Source of the DNA: Chiloscyllium plagiosum
Taxonomy: Eukaryota
Direction: 5' to 3'
Length of the DNA: 64,000 bases
Assembly: GCF_004010195.1 (NCBI RefSeq)
Contig: NC_057718.1
Location: 97,219,644-97,283,643 of the forward strand
This document shows, piece after piece, positions 1 through 12,309 of the stretch. The translations under genes and the position numbers were made by a program. Each line of letters opens with the position of its first letter. Position 1 is the first letter of the stretch. The notes beneath the pieces are model-generated. The model was not told the DNA's origin, did not search any database, and saw only the letters and a program-made list of their open reading frames with translations.

Positions 1-262
1 CCGACCCTCCGAAGAGTAACCCACCCAGACCCATTTCCCTCTGATTGATGCACCGAACACTATGGGCAATTTAGCATGGCCAATTCACCTGACCCGCACA
101 TCTTTGGACTGTGAGAGGAAACTGGAGCACCCGGAGGAAACCCACTCAGACACGGGGAGAACGTGCAAACTCCACACAGACAGTCACCCGAGGGTGGAAT
201 CGAACCTGAGACCCTGGTGCTGTGAAGCTGCAGTGCTAACCACTGAGTCACCGTGCCACCCC
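1..262 (-). mobile_element. HE1 V-SINE (tail cut by window edge)
   Basis: Reverse complement of the tRNA-like head (CAGTGGTTAGCACTGC...GGTTCGATTCC) plus V-domain GTCTGTGTGGAGTTTGCACGTTCTCCCCGTGTCTG. Confidence 0.9.
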
Positions 263-1078
263 ATGTTTAGAATCAGATGGAGCTGTGTCTGACCGGCAGG
301 ACTGTCCTTACTCACCCTTTTTCAATCTTGAATTTTGCCTTAAAAATTCCAGTGTCGTTGGAAGACTGTCAACATCTAGATGCCTCATCGAAAACAGCAA
401 ACTTTTGCTTTAACCAGCACCTGGTGAACCGGCAGTCTCAATAAACCAGCTAAAGTAGATACCCGAAATACCAGACATTTACTGTATTATTGCAGCCTAC
501 CGAGTGGTCAGTTGAGGGTGATCAGGCTCTCTGCCAGTCAGTTTTATTTCAGGCAGGGTTGCATTATTTTTTAAGTTATTTATGCAGTAAATAAAGCAAC
601 GTGCATACCCCCTGCATTATGATTCTATTACTTGGAGCGTTTTTATACTGATGCTGACGGCCTCTTGATTTTCCGGAATATTTGATCAGTCGACACACTA
701 CTGGTCTCAGAGATGCTGGTTAATGCAAAACTTGTTGTCATAGATGTACAGCACGGAAACAGACCCTTCAGTCCAATTCATCCCTGCTGACCAGATATCC
801 AAAATTAATCTAAATTAAACCATTTGCCAGTATTTGGTGCATATCCCTCTCAACCCTTCTGATTCATATACCCATCCAGATGCCTTTTAAATGCTGTCAT
901 TGTACTGGCCTCCACCACTTCCTCTGGCAGTTCATTCCATACACGTACCACCCTCTGTGTGAAAAAGTTGTCCCTTAGGTCACTTTTAAATCTTTCCCCT
1001 CTCACCTTAAACCAATGCCCTGTAGTTTTGGACTCCCCTACCCTGGGAAAAAGACTTTGTTTATTCACCCTATCCATG

Positions 1079-1281
1079 ATTTGGAGATGCCGGTATTGTA
1101 CTGGGGTGTACAAAGTTAAAAATCACACAACACCAGGTTATAGTCCAACAGGTTTAATTGGATGCACACTAGCTTTCAGAGCGACGCTCCTTCATCAGGT
1201 GATAGTCAGGTGAAAGCTAGTGTGCTTCCAATTAAACCTGTTGGACTATAACCTGGTGTTGTTGTGATTTTTAACTTTGTA
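1079..1281. mobile_element. PLE-terminus fold-back insertion, family B
   Basis: Inverted arms (AAAAATCACACAACACCAGGTTATAGTCCAACAGG.. and its complement); 13-bp TSD CACCCTATCCATG at 1066-1078 and 1282-1294. Confidence 0.85.
1170..1198 (-). ncRNA. Minimal type-I hammerhead ribozyme motif
   Basis: Minus strand reads CTGATGA-A-GGAGC-GTC-GCTCT-GAAA-GCTA: core, helix II, palindromic AGCU, CUA triplet. Confidence 0.7.
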
Positions 1282-2234
1282 CACCCTATCCATGCCTCTC
1301 ATGATTTTATAACCCGCTATAAGGTCACCCCTCAATCTCTGACGTTCCAGAGAAAATAGCCTCAGTGTATTCAGCCTCTCCCTGTAGCTCAAAATCCTCC
1401 AATCCTGGCAACATCCTTGTAAATCTTTTCTGAACCCTTTCAAATTTAACAACATCCTTTCTCTAGGAAGGAGACCAGAATTGCATGTGATATTCTAAAA
1501 GTGGCCTAACCAATGTCCTGTACAGCCACAACATGACCTCCCAACTCCTGTACTCAATACACTGACCAATAAAGGAAAGCATACCAAACGCCTTCTTCAC
1601 TAACCTATCTATCTGGGATTCCACTTTCAAGGAACTATGAACCTGCACTGCTCACAATCTTGGTTCAGCAATACTCCCCATAAAATGCATAAGTCCTGCC
1701 CTGGTTTGCTTTTCCAAAATGCAGCACCTCACATTTATCGAAATTAAATGCCATCCGCCACTCCTTGGTCCATCTGATCAAAGTCCCGTTGTACTCTGAG
1801 ATATCCTTCTTCACAGTTCACTGCGCCACCAGTGACTGAGGGTTTTACTTCTGTCGGAGCTTACAGACATGGCTGACCTGTCTGATGGCCTGTCTGATGG
1901 TCTGTCGCATCATCTTGGTCTGGCTCCCAGCAGCACTGCTATTGAAGTAAAGCTGCGATGAAGCATCATTCCTTTGATGTTTCTGTTTGTCACTGTGGGC
2001 TTTGATGTACATTTTTCCAACCCTTTGATCCTGACTGCCGATATTCCTTGCATCTGCCATCATTTCACTTTCTCTAGTATTTATCTCTGCAAGTGTCTCG
2101 ATGTTAACTCTGGCAGTCTGGCAGGGGATATATATATATATATATGTACTCCGCATGCTTGTGTATCGGTCGCTGTCTATCGGTTGTTCACACCGAGGTG
2201 TTCTGATAAAGCGTTTAATTTGAATGCGCAAACC

Positions 2235-2543
2235 TGGCGGCTCAGTGGTTAGCACTGCTGCCTCACAGCCCCAGGGTCCCAGGTTCAATTACAGCCCCGG
2301 GCAACTGTCTGTGTGGAGTTTGCACATTCTCCCCGTGTCTGTGTGGGTTTCCTCCAGGTGCTCCGGTTTCCTCCCACAGTCCAAAGATGTGCAGGTCAGG
2401 TGAATTGGCCATGCTAAATTGCCCATAGTGTTAGGTGCATTAGTCGGAAGGAAATGGGTCTGGGTGGGTTACTGTTCGGAGGGTTGGTGTGGACTTGTTG
2501 GGCCGAAGGGCCTGTTTCCACACTGTAGGGAATGTAATCTAAC
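2235..2543 (+). mobile_element. HE1 V-SINE
   Basis: tRNA A/B-box-like head, V-domain, tail GGGCCGAAGGGCCTGTTTCCACACTGTAGG..AATCTAA. Confidence 0.9.
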
Positions 2544-2837
2544 TTGTTTGTCTTTTTTAAAATACTGTAATCTGACGCAAAACATTTGAATCTCTGGAAT
2601 TCACTGCCTCAGGGAGTTATGAAGACTCAGTCACTGCAAGTTTTTAAAGGGGAGACAGATTTTTGAAATACCGCAGAGTTGGGGGCAATGAGGAGCTGGC
2701 ATAAAGGAAGAGTTGAGGCCTGGGATCTTATTGCATGGTGAGACAGACTTGAGAGGGTGAATGGCCTCCACTTGCTCCTTCATTCTTAAGGAAGGTTAAA
2801 ATAACCAAAATTATACAACAATAGACTATTTTTAAGA

Positions 2838-3475
2838 ATTCACTCACAGGCTGTGGGAATCACTGGTTCAGTCAGCCTCTACTGCCCATCCCTAAGTGGG
2901 AAGTTAAGAGTTTAGAGTCAACCACATTGAGGTCACATGGAGGCCAGACCAGGTAAGGACAGCAGTTTCCTTCCCTCAAGGGCTTGAGTGAACCAGATAG
3001 ATGTCCACTTTGACAATGGTTTCACGGTCATTAGGCTCCTATTTCCATTTTTTTTTAAAATTGAATTCAAATACCACCATCAGCCATGGCAGGATTTGAG
3101 CCCAGGTCCCATGAACACGGGGTGGCACGGTGGCTCAGTGGGTTAGCACTGCCACCTCACAGGACCAGGGACTGGGTTTCGATTTCACCCTTGGGTGACT
3201 GTCTGTGTGCTCTGGCTTCCTCCCACAGTTCAATGATGTGTAGGTTCGGGTGGATTGGCCAGGTTAAATTGCCCATAGTGTCCAGGGATGTGCAGGCTAG
3301 GTGGGTTAGGCCTGGGAAATACAGGGTTACAGGGATAGAGTAGGGGATTGGGATGCTCTTTGGAGGTCAGTGTGGACTCAATAGGCCAAATGGCCTGTTT
3401 CCATACTGTAGGGATTCTATGATTATCTTCATCTCTGGCTTAAACGATAATGCCAGCAGACCATTGCCTCCCTAT
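2838..3475 (-). mobile_element. tRNA-derived SINE family 2, interrupted by HE1
   Basis: Complement of the CCCATCTGGTTCACT..GGGAAGGAAACTGC..CCTTACCTGGTCTGGCCT..GACTCT domain and GGGATGGGCA tail; about 8 related copies in the window. Confidence 0.7.
3118..3425 (+). mobile_element. HE1 V-SINE (internally deleted variant)
   Basis: GGTGGCACGGTGGCTCAGTGGGTTAGCACTGC head and HER1-type tail. Confidence 0.85.
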
Positions 3476-4764
3476 TTTCTGCATCTAAAAGCACATGAAG
3501 CAGAGAAGGCACATATGTGAGGCTACTTTCCACATCTAGTTGTTCCTGGAGGAGGTCATTAGCCTGAAGCCAGAGGAGCTGCTGGTCCACATTTAACATG
3601 GCTGACTAGACACTTCTCCTGCCCATCAGCCCTCTGTTGTCACATTAGGAAGAAGGTACAAATTGGAAATCAGTCTGTTTGGCCACATTATGAATGCACC
3701 TTCTTTGTACATCTCATTCTGGAGTGGGACTCACACCTGGAGCTTTTTGGCTCTGAGTCAGAGAAGTTACCCACAATTCCACAAGATCCAGGGATGGAAC
3801 AGGTGGCTTGAAATGGTACCCCTGGCAGAATTTCCTTGTGGGTGTGTTTTGGGTGAGTGCGCATTTGTTATGGTGTGTGCACACTTATATGGTGGAGTTT
3901 TGTGTGTGTGTCTGTCTGTCTGTGGGTAAATGACTGTCTCTCACGTCTGAAGGTATTTTGAATAAAATAATTGACTTTTTCATGCCCTCCATGTCATCTG
4001 ACTGGTACCATGGCTAACATTTTAGCCACAGGTTTCTGGATACATGGTTATAATTCAATTATTGATTATTATTTCCCAGTGAGCAACTGATTTGAAAAGG
4101 CACAGGTAAAAACTTATAAACACCACAAAGAACGAATTGAATGCTTTGTGTCACTTGGTCTTGTTGCAGAGAACCAGATTTAAGATGATGTTGCCTGCAT
4201 AAACATTTCACAATACAAGCCTGCTCACAAATGCTGATCTTCTGGAATCCGAGTTAAGTCAATATCTGTGTGGTAAGAGGAGCAAGGTAGCTGAAGGACT
4301 GGGAAAGGCAGTTGCAATGATGCACAGAGTAGTTTGTGTGGAAACAAATTTGTATAATCGAATTGTAAGGAGCTGGAGCTTTAATTGCTTTATCCTTCTA
4401 ATGACAGTTGTGTGGTCTTGTTACTGATCATAGCCTTTATTGATGTTAATGAGCTTCTTGGAAGGATTGGCCAGAGCACTTACTCTGTTTAGACAGGAGA
4501 GAAATGTTAAACGGACTCGCAGGAAATTGGCAGGATGTGACCTCGAATGATTTTAATGTGGAGCTGGTGTTTGGAATGGTGGACCCTGTTTTTACCCTCA
4601 GTCCATGGTTTGAGGAGTTGTTTGCAAATCACAAATGTAATTTCTATCAGGGAAAAGGTGATGATGTCGCAAGGAACAAGGAATGCACTTCGGCCCTCAG
4701 ACTGACTCTGAATTCTAAGACTGGTACCATGCTGACGTTTTATGATTGGCTGTTTTGGTTTTAT

Positions 4765-5085
4765 TTGTTTATTATTGTCAAGTGTATTTGGGACAGTGGA
4801 AAGTTTTGTTTGGGTGTGCAGTGCAGGCAGACAGAGTGCATATGGGGAATAGAACAGAATAAGGAATATAATGTTACGGCTGCGAGGTCAACAATTAAGT
4901 GTAAAATTTGAGACATCCATTCAGCGTCTAATAACAGCGGGGAAAAAGCTGCTCTTGCACCTGTTGGTATGTGTGATGAAGCTTTTATATCTTTTGTCCC
5001 ATGTTGGCTGCCTTCCCAAAGCAGTGAGAAGTGTAGATGGAGTCAGTGGATTTGAGATTGTGGGATGGACTGGGCTCTTGCCCTG
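4765..5085 (-). mobile_element. Rex1/Babar-like LINE 3' end
   Basis: Minus-strand peptide KRYKSFITHTNRCKSSFFPAVIRR resembles the Rex1 ORF C-terminus; tail CTTGACAATAATAAA. Confidence 0.7.
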
Positions 5086-5824
5086 GTTCCCTGGACTTTG
5101 GAAAGCTGTTGAAAATGCTTTGTTTTGGTGGTATCTCTGCTGATAGACTGGTGTCAGTCTCAACCAGATCCAATACTGCTTCGTAAAATTGTAAACAAGT
5201 GACTGAGGAGAGAGATAGCAGTGGAGTGAACACCATGCACACCTGGAGTGACACTTCAGCGTTCTGACACCTGAACCACTCCATTAGTTTGAGCCATTCC
5301 TCAAGAGGCTGTGGGCTCTCTGAGCACTGCACCCACAATGGCTGGAGGAAGCAGATGTGAATGCATTGGCATTGACTTTGGAGTGGCCCTTGTGCCCGTG
5401 CACTTTAAAGGGTACTATGCCTGTCACTCCCTTATCTTATTAACTATACTCTGTGCAGTGCAGTGTAACCTTAAGGCAACTCCACTCCCTCTGCCCATCT
5501 ACCCTTGGATATTTAGGTCCCAGTCGAAACATGTGGTGCTGGAAAAACACAGCAGGTCAGGCAGCATCCGAGTTCCCAGCGTTGAACATCTTGCAGCTAT
5601 GTCTCTGTAGTACTCACAACATCATGCAGTGTAACCTTGATTTAAGCTTAATTAACTTTCTCCCTCAATCTGACCAGCTTCTTCCTCTATAGCAGAGCCG
5701 CTGATGAACCTGTGACATTCCTGTGATTTCACACCTTAATTTCTGAACACCGTTTTCACTCTGAGAGGAGTAGTTAATGCAATCTTCTCCAAGCTCTCGC
5801 TATCTCACACTGGTTTCAATAGTG

Positions 5825-7500
5825 CTAAACCTCAGACATTCTGCCTGATATCTGTCTACCATCTACAAGGCACCCGTCAGAAGTATGACGGAATACTCCC
5901 CACTCGCCTTGTTGGGTGCAGCTCCAGCAACACTCAAGAAGCTTGACACCATCCATGAGCAAGCAGCCTGCTTGATTGGCACCATGTCCATCCCGTTCAA
6001 CATTCACTCCCATCAGCTTCACATCACAGTGCTTGCAGTGGGTACCATCTACAAGGTACAGTGCACAAACCCATCAACATTCCGTTAGCTCCTTCTGAAC
6101 AGATGTTGCCAGACCTGCTGAGTGTCACCAGTTGTTGTGTTTTTACTTCAGGTTTCCTGTATCTGCAGTTCGTTGTTTCCTTGCAGTTTTCCCTTTTGTT
6201 GTAAAGCCCGCAGCGAGATCCGAAAGACAGCACAGCATGAGATGGTGAAGCCTGGAGCGGGATCCTAGAGACAGTGCAGCATGGGATGGTGAAAGCTGGA
6301 ACGGGATCCTAGAGACAGTGCAGCATGGGATGGTGAAGCCTGGAGCGGGATCCTAGAGACAGTGCAGCATGGGATGGTGAAGCCTGGAGCAAGACTCTAG
6401 AGACAGTGCAGCATGGGATGGTGAAGCCTGGAACGGGATCCTAGAGACAGTGCAGCATGGGATGGTGAAACCTGGAGCGGGATCCTAGAGACAGTGCAGC
6501 ATTGGATGGTGAAGCCTGGAGTGGGATCCTAGAGACAGTGCAGCATGGGATGGTGAAAGCTGGAGCGGGATCCTAGAGACAGAGCAGCATGGGATGGTGA
6601 AACCTGGAGCGGAATCCTAGAGACAGTGCAGCATGGGATGGTGAAGCCTGGAGCAAGACCCTAGAGACAGTGCAGCATGAGATGGTGAAGCCTGGAGTGG
6701 GATCCTAGAGACAGTGCAGCATGAGATGGTGAAACCTGGAGCTGGATCCTAGAGACAGTGCAGCATGGGATGGTGAAGCCTGGAGCAAGACCCTAGAGAC
6801 AGTGCAGCATGGGATGGTGAAGCCTGGAGCAAGACCCTAGAGACAGTGCAGTATGAGATGGTGAAGCCTGGAGTGGGATCCTAGAGACAGTGCAGCATGA
6901 GATGGTGAAACCTGGAGCGGGATCCTAGAGACAGTGCAGCATGGGATGGTGAAGCCTGGAGTGGGATCCTAGAGAGAGTGCAGCATGGGATGGTGAAACC
7001 TGGAGCTGGATCCTAGAGACAGTGCAGCATGGGATGGTGAAGCCTGGAGCAAGACTGTCGCGGCAAGGAAGGAAATGTTGGACTTTCTTTCAGATATCTT
7101 TCTTAATTTTTTAATTTTATTTTTAAGTTTAGAGAATGACGCCATTTCATGGTGATGGTATAAACTTTTCACTGTCTTCTATATTGAATATACGTGACAA
7201 TGAATGATTTTATTATTCATTATTATCATTATTCTGCAGCAGCTTCCAAATTTGCACCTTACACCCTCCCCAGGAACATGATCAGCATTTGTATTGGAGC
7301 CCATTACCTGCAAGTCCACAGCCCATACTCACCTGTAACTACATTGCTGTGCCTTCGGTGTCACTGAGTCAAAATCTTGGATTTTCCATACCAACAGCAC
7401 TGTTCCTACCCCACACGGACCACTGAGGATCAAGAAAGCAGCTCACCACCACCTTCTCTGGGGGTGTTGGGGAATGGACGGAAGTCCTGGTCTAGAGAGT
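5825..7500 (+). mobile_element. Second CR1/L2-group LINE 3' fragment (5825-6075 and 7235-7500), split by later insertions
   Basis: Peptide TIYKA.VRSM.EYSPLA..GAAPATLKKLDTIHEQAACLIG; 3' part AAGAAAGCAGCTCACCACCACCTTCT. Confidence 0.75.
6224..7053 (+). repeat. 44-bp minisatellite, about 19 copies
   Basis: Unit GAGACAGTGCAGCATGGGATGGTGAAGCCTGGAGCGGGATCCTA starts at 6268, 6312 ... 7016 with exact 44-nt period and no spacers. Confidence 0.97.
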
Positions 7501-7894
7501 GGATAAAATCAGTGGGTCCTGTGCAATGCTGCAAGTGATCCATTTTACTGCAGTTAAGAGGAATACAACGCTAAACAAATGAACAATAAAATTAAACCGC
7601 AGCCATTTCCACTTTAACCTCCACTACATAATGGTGCCACATTTAAAATGCACCATTTAAACACAGCCCCTAATCTGTTCACTTTCAACAGGTTAATGAC
7701 TGCATTAAAATAATTCATGGGCGATTTTTACATGAACACATAGTGCAGATTGCTGCCAAAGGAAATTAAACCCTGTTGCCCACAATTTGCAAGCTCAATT
7801 ATGCAAATTGATTGAAGAAGAAACAGCTTATGTTGTCCCACAATGAAGCAAAGAACTGCAGATGCTGGTGTTCTGAAGGTGGCTCACTAAGTAT

Positions 7895-8115
7895 CATGGT
7901 CTCTCAGCCCGGTGTGTTAGTCTCGTGTTCTGGTGTGGCGATCTCTCAGCCTGTTGTGGCGGTCTCTCATTCCGGTATGGTGATCTCTCGACCCAGTGTG
8001 GTGGTCTCTCGGCCCAGTGTGGCGATCTCTCGGCCTAGTGTGGCGGACTCTCAGCCTGGCATAGTGGTCTCTCGGCCTGGCATGTCAGTCGGCCCAGTGT
8101 GGCGATCTTTTGGCC
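7895..8115 (+). repeat. Degenerate 21-bp minisatellite, about 10 copies
   Basis: Repeating GTGGTCTCTCGGCCCAGTGTG-like unit. Confidence 0.85.
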
Positions 8116-8640
8116 AGGCATGGCCTCAGAATAGACATCCAGCTTCGAGGTGATTCCAGAACAATCGCCCAGCCTCAAGAGCCTCTGGAGCAGTCTGGAG
8201 TCAAGGCCCAGCATAGACTGGAGGCTAGGTGCCAGTGCAGGCTGCATTGGAAGGACTGTTACTCTGAGCTCTTTATTTAGCTCTTTTCTAATTTATTCCA
8301 ACAAGCTGTATTGCTGGACATGTTATTTAGTTTTCTAATTTTTTTGGCCTAAGAGGAATCCTCACCTGGGTACTTTATACCTAAGATGACACCGTAACTG
8401 GCGACTTGTTAACTTTTTATTTTTCTCATTTGACTGCATGTGACAATAAAGATAATTCAATTCAGTGAAAATGTTGTTGCTCTTTCCTCTCCCCAGATGC
8501 TCCCTGACCTGCTGAGATTCACCAGCACTTTCAATTTGGATTGTTGCACTGACCTACCTTGGACAGAGCGTGTTTTCCAGCTTCTGCTTCATTCCCAATG
8601 ACTTTCATGTTCCTATAGGGTTGGCATTATCACTTATTAA

Positions 8641-9404
8641 GAGAACACCACCCACGCCCTCCACCTCCTCCATGATTTTTGCTTCCATGGCCCCCAACGC
8701 CTTATCTTCACGATGGATATCCAGTCCCTATACACTTTCATCCCCCATCACGAAGGACTCAAAGCCCTCCGCTTCTTCCTCTCCCGCCAACCCAACCCTC
8801 AGCCCTCCGCTTCTTTCTTTCCCGCCGTACCGACCAGTACCCTTCTACAGACACCCTCCTTCGACTGACTGAACTGGTCCTCACCCTGAACAACTTCTCT
8901 TTCCAATCCTCCCACTTCCTCCAAACCAAAGGAGTAGCCATGGGCACCCGCATGGGCCCCAGCTATGCCTGCCTCTTCGTCGGATATGTGGAATAGTCCA
9001 TCTTCCACAGCTACACAGGCACCACCCCCCCACCTTTTCCTCCGCTACATCGATAATTGTATTGGCGCTACCTCGTGCTCCCATGAGGAGGTTGAACAGT
9101 CCATCCCCTTTACTAACACCTTCCACCCCAACCTCAAATTTACCTGGACAGTCTCAGACTCCTCCCTCCCCTTCCTAGACCTCTCCATTTCTATCTCGGG
9201 CGACCGACTCAACACAGCCATTTACTATAAACCGACCGACTCCCACAGCTACCTAGATTACGCCTCCTCCCACCCTGCCCCCTGTAAAAACGCCATCCCA
9301 TATTCCCAATTCCTTCGTCTCCGCCGCATCTACTCCCGGGAGGACCAATTCCAATACCGAACAACCCAGATGGCCTCCTTCTTCAAGGACCGCAATTTCC
9401 CCCC
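8641..9404 (+). pseudogene. Penelope-like (Neptune-type) reverse transcriptase fragment
   Basis: Joined frames give LIFTMDIQSLYT.IPH.EGL, LVLTLNNFSF, QTKGVAMGTRMGPSYACLF, FLRYIDN, LPFLDLSI, YKPTDSHSYL..SSHP; one stop and frameshifts; runs into the N gap. Confidence 0.9.
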
Positions 9405-9543
9405 NNNNNNNNNNNNNNNNNNNNNNNNNNNNNNNNNNNNNNNNNNNNNNNNNNNNNNNNNNNNNNNNNNNNNNNNNNNNNNNNNNNNNNNNNNNNNNNN
9501 NNNNNNNNNNNNNNNNNNNNNNNNNNNNNNNNNNNNNNNNNNN
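9405..9543. other. Assembly gap (139 N)
   Basis: Run of N. Confidence 1.
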
Positions 9544-9939
9544 ATTTTACTGCTGCTTGGATGCTGCCTGAACTGCTGTGCTCTTCCAGCATCACTAATC
9601 CAGATTGAGGATAGTACTGAGCGGCCTTTTTCTGTACTACCCCGATCTCTATGACTCTTTAATTTCTGAAAGATAGTACTTTCCTACACAAATATGCCCT
9701 CAGCACAACACCGAATTGGCAATCTACAATGGCCTACATTTTCCAAATACCATCAGAATATGTTTGATCAAAGATAATCTTAAAGATTGCCCAAATACCT
9801 CCTGGAGAAGTCTCCAGCCAGAATTCAAAGTCTGGCCTGTCCCAAATGTGTCCACAAGAGGAAATGTTGTTTTTTTGGGGGGGGGGGGGAAAGCGGAGAG
9901 GTCAGGAAGATGATTGCAGGTCAAGAGGGCGGTGTTGAC

Positions 9940-10113
9940 CCTCACCCCCTTCCACCTATCGTATTCCCAGCGCCCCTCCCCCAAAGTCTCTCCCCAGCCA
10001 CCTTTTATCTCAGCCCGCTTGGCACACCAGCCTCATTCCTGAAGAAGGGCTTATGCCCGAAACGTCGATTCTCCTGCTCCTCGGATGCTGTCTAGCCAGC
10101 TGCGCTTTTTCCA
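9940..10113 (+). mobile_element. PLE 3' terminus (pLTR), family A
   Basis: C-rich UTR, then hammerhead, then TTCTCCTGCTCCTCGGATGCTG..TTTTCCAGCA, the same terminus as in the family-A fold-backs. Confidence 0.8.
10037..10068 (+). ncRNA. Minimal type-I hammerhead ribozyme motif (intact core)
   Basis: CTGAAGA (10039-10045)-A-GGGC-TTAT-GCCC-GAAA-CGTC (10063-10066); palindromic ACGU and GUC triplet. Confidence 0.75.
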
Positions 10114-10289
10114 GCATTATCACTTATTAATAAAGAAGGTGGTCAAGGTGACTGAACAACAGCAGCAGGTCAAATCTTTTCATCGTCAGATGTTGGTCTT
10201 TGCATAGGCCACCTCTTCACCTGTGCCAGTGCTTCCATTTTGCCTCACAAGTAACGTGTTTTTATCATTGACAACTTCTCATTGACAGT

Positions 10290-11880
10290 ATTCTTTTTAC
10301 TCGTGTGGGATGTGGGTGTCGCTGGTTGGGCCCAGCACTTATTGCCCGTCCCTAGTTGCCCCTTGAGAAGGTGGCGGTGAGCTGCCTTCTTGAACTGCTT
10401 CAGTCCACCTGCTGTGGGTTGACCCACAATGCACTTCGGGAAGGATTTCCAAAATTTTGACCCAGTGACAGTGAAGGAACGACAACATATTTCCAAGTCA
10501 GCATGGTGATTGGCTTGGAGGGGAACGAACAGGTGATGGTGTTTCCATTCATCTGGTGCCCTTGTCCTTCTAGATCGAAGTGGCCGTGGGTTTGGAATGT
10601 ACTGTTTGAGGATCTTTGGTAATTTCTGCAATACATCTTTAAGATGGCACACACTGCTGCTACTGAGCATTGGTAGTGGAGGGAGTGGATGCTTGTGGAT
10701 GTTATGCCAGGTCAAGCGGGCTGCTTTGTCCTGGATGGTATCAAGCTTCTTGAGTGTTGTTGGCACTTAACTCACCCAGGAGAGTATTCCATCACACTCT
10801 TGACTTGTACGTTGTAGATGGCGGATAGGCTTTGGGGAGTCAGGAGGTGAGTTACTCGCTGCTGTATTCCTAGACTCTGATTGGCTCTTGTGGCCATGTA
10901 TTAACGCCATCCCATTCTCCCAATTCCTTCGTCTCCGCCGCATCTGCTCCCAGGAGGACCAGTTCAAAATACGTACAACACAGATGGCCTCCTTCTTCAA
11001 GGACCGCAATTTCCCCCCCGACGTGGTCGACGGTGCCCTCCACCACATCTCCTCCACTTCCCGCTCCTCCGCCCTTGAGCCCCGCCCCTCCAACCGCCAC
11101 CAGGACAGAACCGCCTTCTTGAACTGCTTCAGTCCACCTGCTGTGGGTTGACCCACAATGCACTTCGGGAAGGATTTCCAAAATTTTGACCCAGTGACAG
11201 TGAAGGAACGACAACATATTTCCAAGTCAGCATGGTGATTGGCTTGGAGGGGAACGAACAGGTGATGGTGTTTCCATTCATCTGGTGCCCTTGTCCTTCT
11301 AGATCGAAGTGGCCGTGGGTTTGGAATGTACTGTTTGAGGATCTTTGGTAATTTCTGCAATACATCTTTAAGATGGCACATACTGCTGCTACTGAGCATT
11401 GGTGGTGGAGGGAGTGAATGCTTGTGGATGTTATGTCAGGTCAAGTGGGCTGCTTTGTCCTGGATGATATCAAGCTTCTTGAGTGTTGTTGGCACTTAAC
11501 TCACTCAGGAGAGTATTCCATCACACTCTTGACTTGTACGTTGTAGATGACGGATAGGCTTTGGGGAGTCAGGAGGTGAGTTACTCGCTGCTGTATTCCT
11601 AGACTCTGATTGGCTCTTGTGGCCATGTATTAAGTCCGGTTGAGTTTCTGGCTCAGAATGGCAACGATGGTCTTAATCTGAGCAACATCTGATACCTTGA
11701 GTGTTGTTGGGGCTACACTCATCCATCCCACTCTTGACTTGTACATTTGTAGATGGCGGATAGGCTGTGGGGAGTCAGGAGGTGAGTTACTCACCGCTGT
11801 ATTCCTAGCCTCTCATCGGCTCTTGCGGCCACTGTGTTTATGTGGTGAGTCCAGTTGACATTCTGGCCTTACTCTGGCTC
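10290..11880 (-). mobile_element. Second CR1/L2-group LINE 3' end with a 521-bp internal duplication
   Basis: PTTLKKLDTIQDKAARL.., FKKAAHRHLLKG and tail shared with SINE family 2; 10384-10904 is repeated at 11113-11633. Confidence 0.8.
10905..11112 (+). mobile_element. Penelope-like ORF fragment
   Basis: AIPFSQFLRLRRICSQEDQF..RTTQMASFFKDRNFPPDVVDGAL; closely similar to 9291-9404. Confidence 0.85.
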
Positions 11881-12094
11881 AAACTGGCAGCGACTGGCTT
11901 AATCCGAGCAACACCTGATGCCTTCTGTGGATCTTGATGGACAGATGCAGGTCCCATTGACCAACTGCAAAATGCCTCTGAGGTGCAGTGCCCATTCTTT
12001 GGCGCAGAACTGATTAAAAGGGTTCGCAAAACTGAAAACATCCCAATTGTTGTTTACGATCCTGTCAGTGATAAAACTGAGATATTTTCCTCAG

Positions 12095-12197
12095 CACCCT
12101 ATTCAGGAATGTTATGACACACCTCTGAAAGCAGGTGGGACTTGAACCTATCCCTCCTGGTACAGAGTAAGGGGCACTACCACTGCACCACAAGAGC
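12095..12197 (-). mobile_element. Short tRNA-derived SINE-like repeat (related copies near 12750, 35520, 35615, 59140, 62875)
   Basis: Complement of TGTGGTGCAGTGGTAGTG..GGTTCAAGTCCCACCTG..GTGTCATAAC; recurs in the window. Confidence 0.65.
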
Positions 12198-12309
12198 CTC
12201 ATATTGTTGCCTCACTCACTGATCAACCATTTCCTTTTTTTTAAACGTAAAGATATTTTTAATCAAATTGTTTGAAATAACCCAATGCTGTGGGGTTCCT
12301 TTTTTTAAA

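Larger units (their letters stand above)
736..1830 (-). mobile_element. HER1-like CR1-clade LINE 3' fragment, interrupted by a PLE fold-back
   Basis: Minus-strand peptides LGVQVHSSLKV.., LYRTLVRPLLEY..QFWSP, FSLE..RLRGDLI..YKIM, FFTQRVVRVWNELP; frameshifted; tail shared with HE1. Confidence 0.9.

Noticed and set aside
400..735. Possible Tigger-like DNA transposon remnants
   Set aside because: Only one TIR-like end (ATTTACTGTA) is visible, and no matching partner could be defined.
6224..7053. 44-bp array as a CRISPR array
   Set aside because: Units are contiguous with no unique spacers, there are no cas genes, and the context is vertebrate.
7812..8153. Ser/Pro/Val-rich repeat protein ORF
   Set aside because: It is the translation of the 21-bp minisatellite within a repeat element.
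8965..9654. 229-aa ORF as a functional protein
   Set aside because: It is a frameshifted PLE RT piece extended artificially through the N gap.
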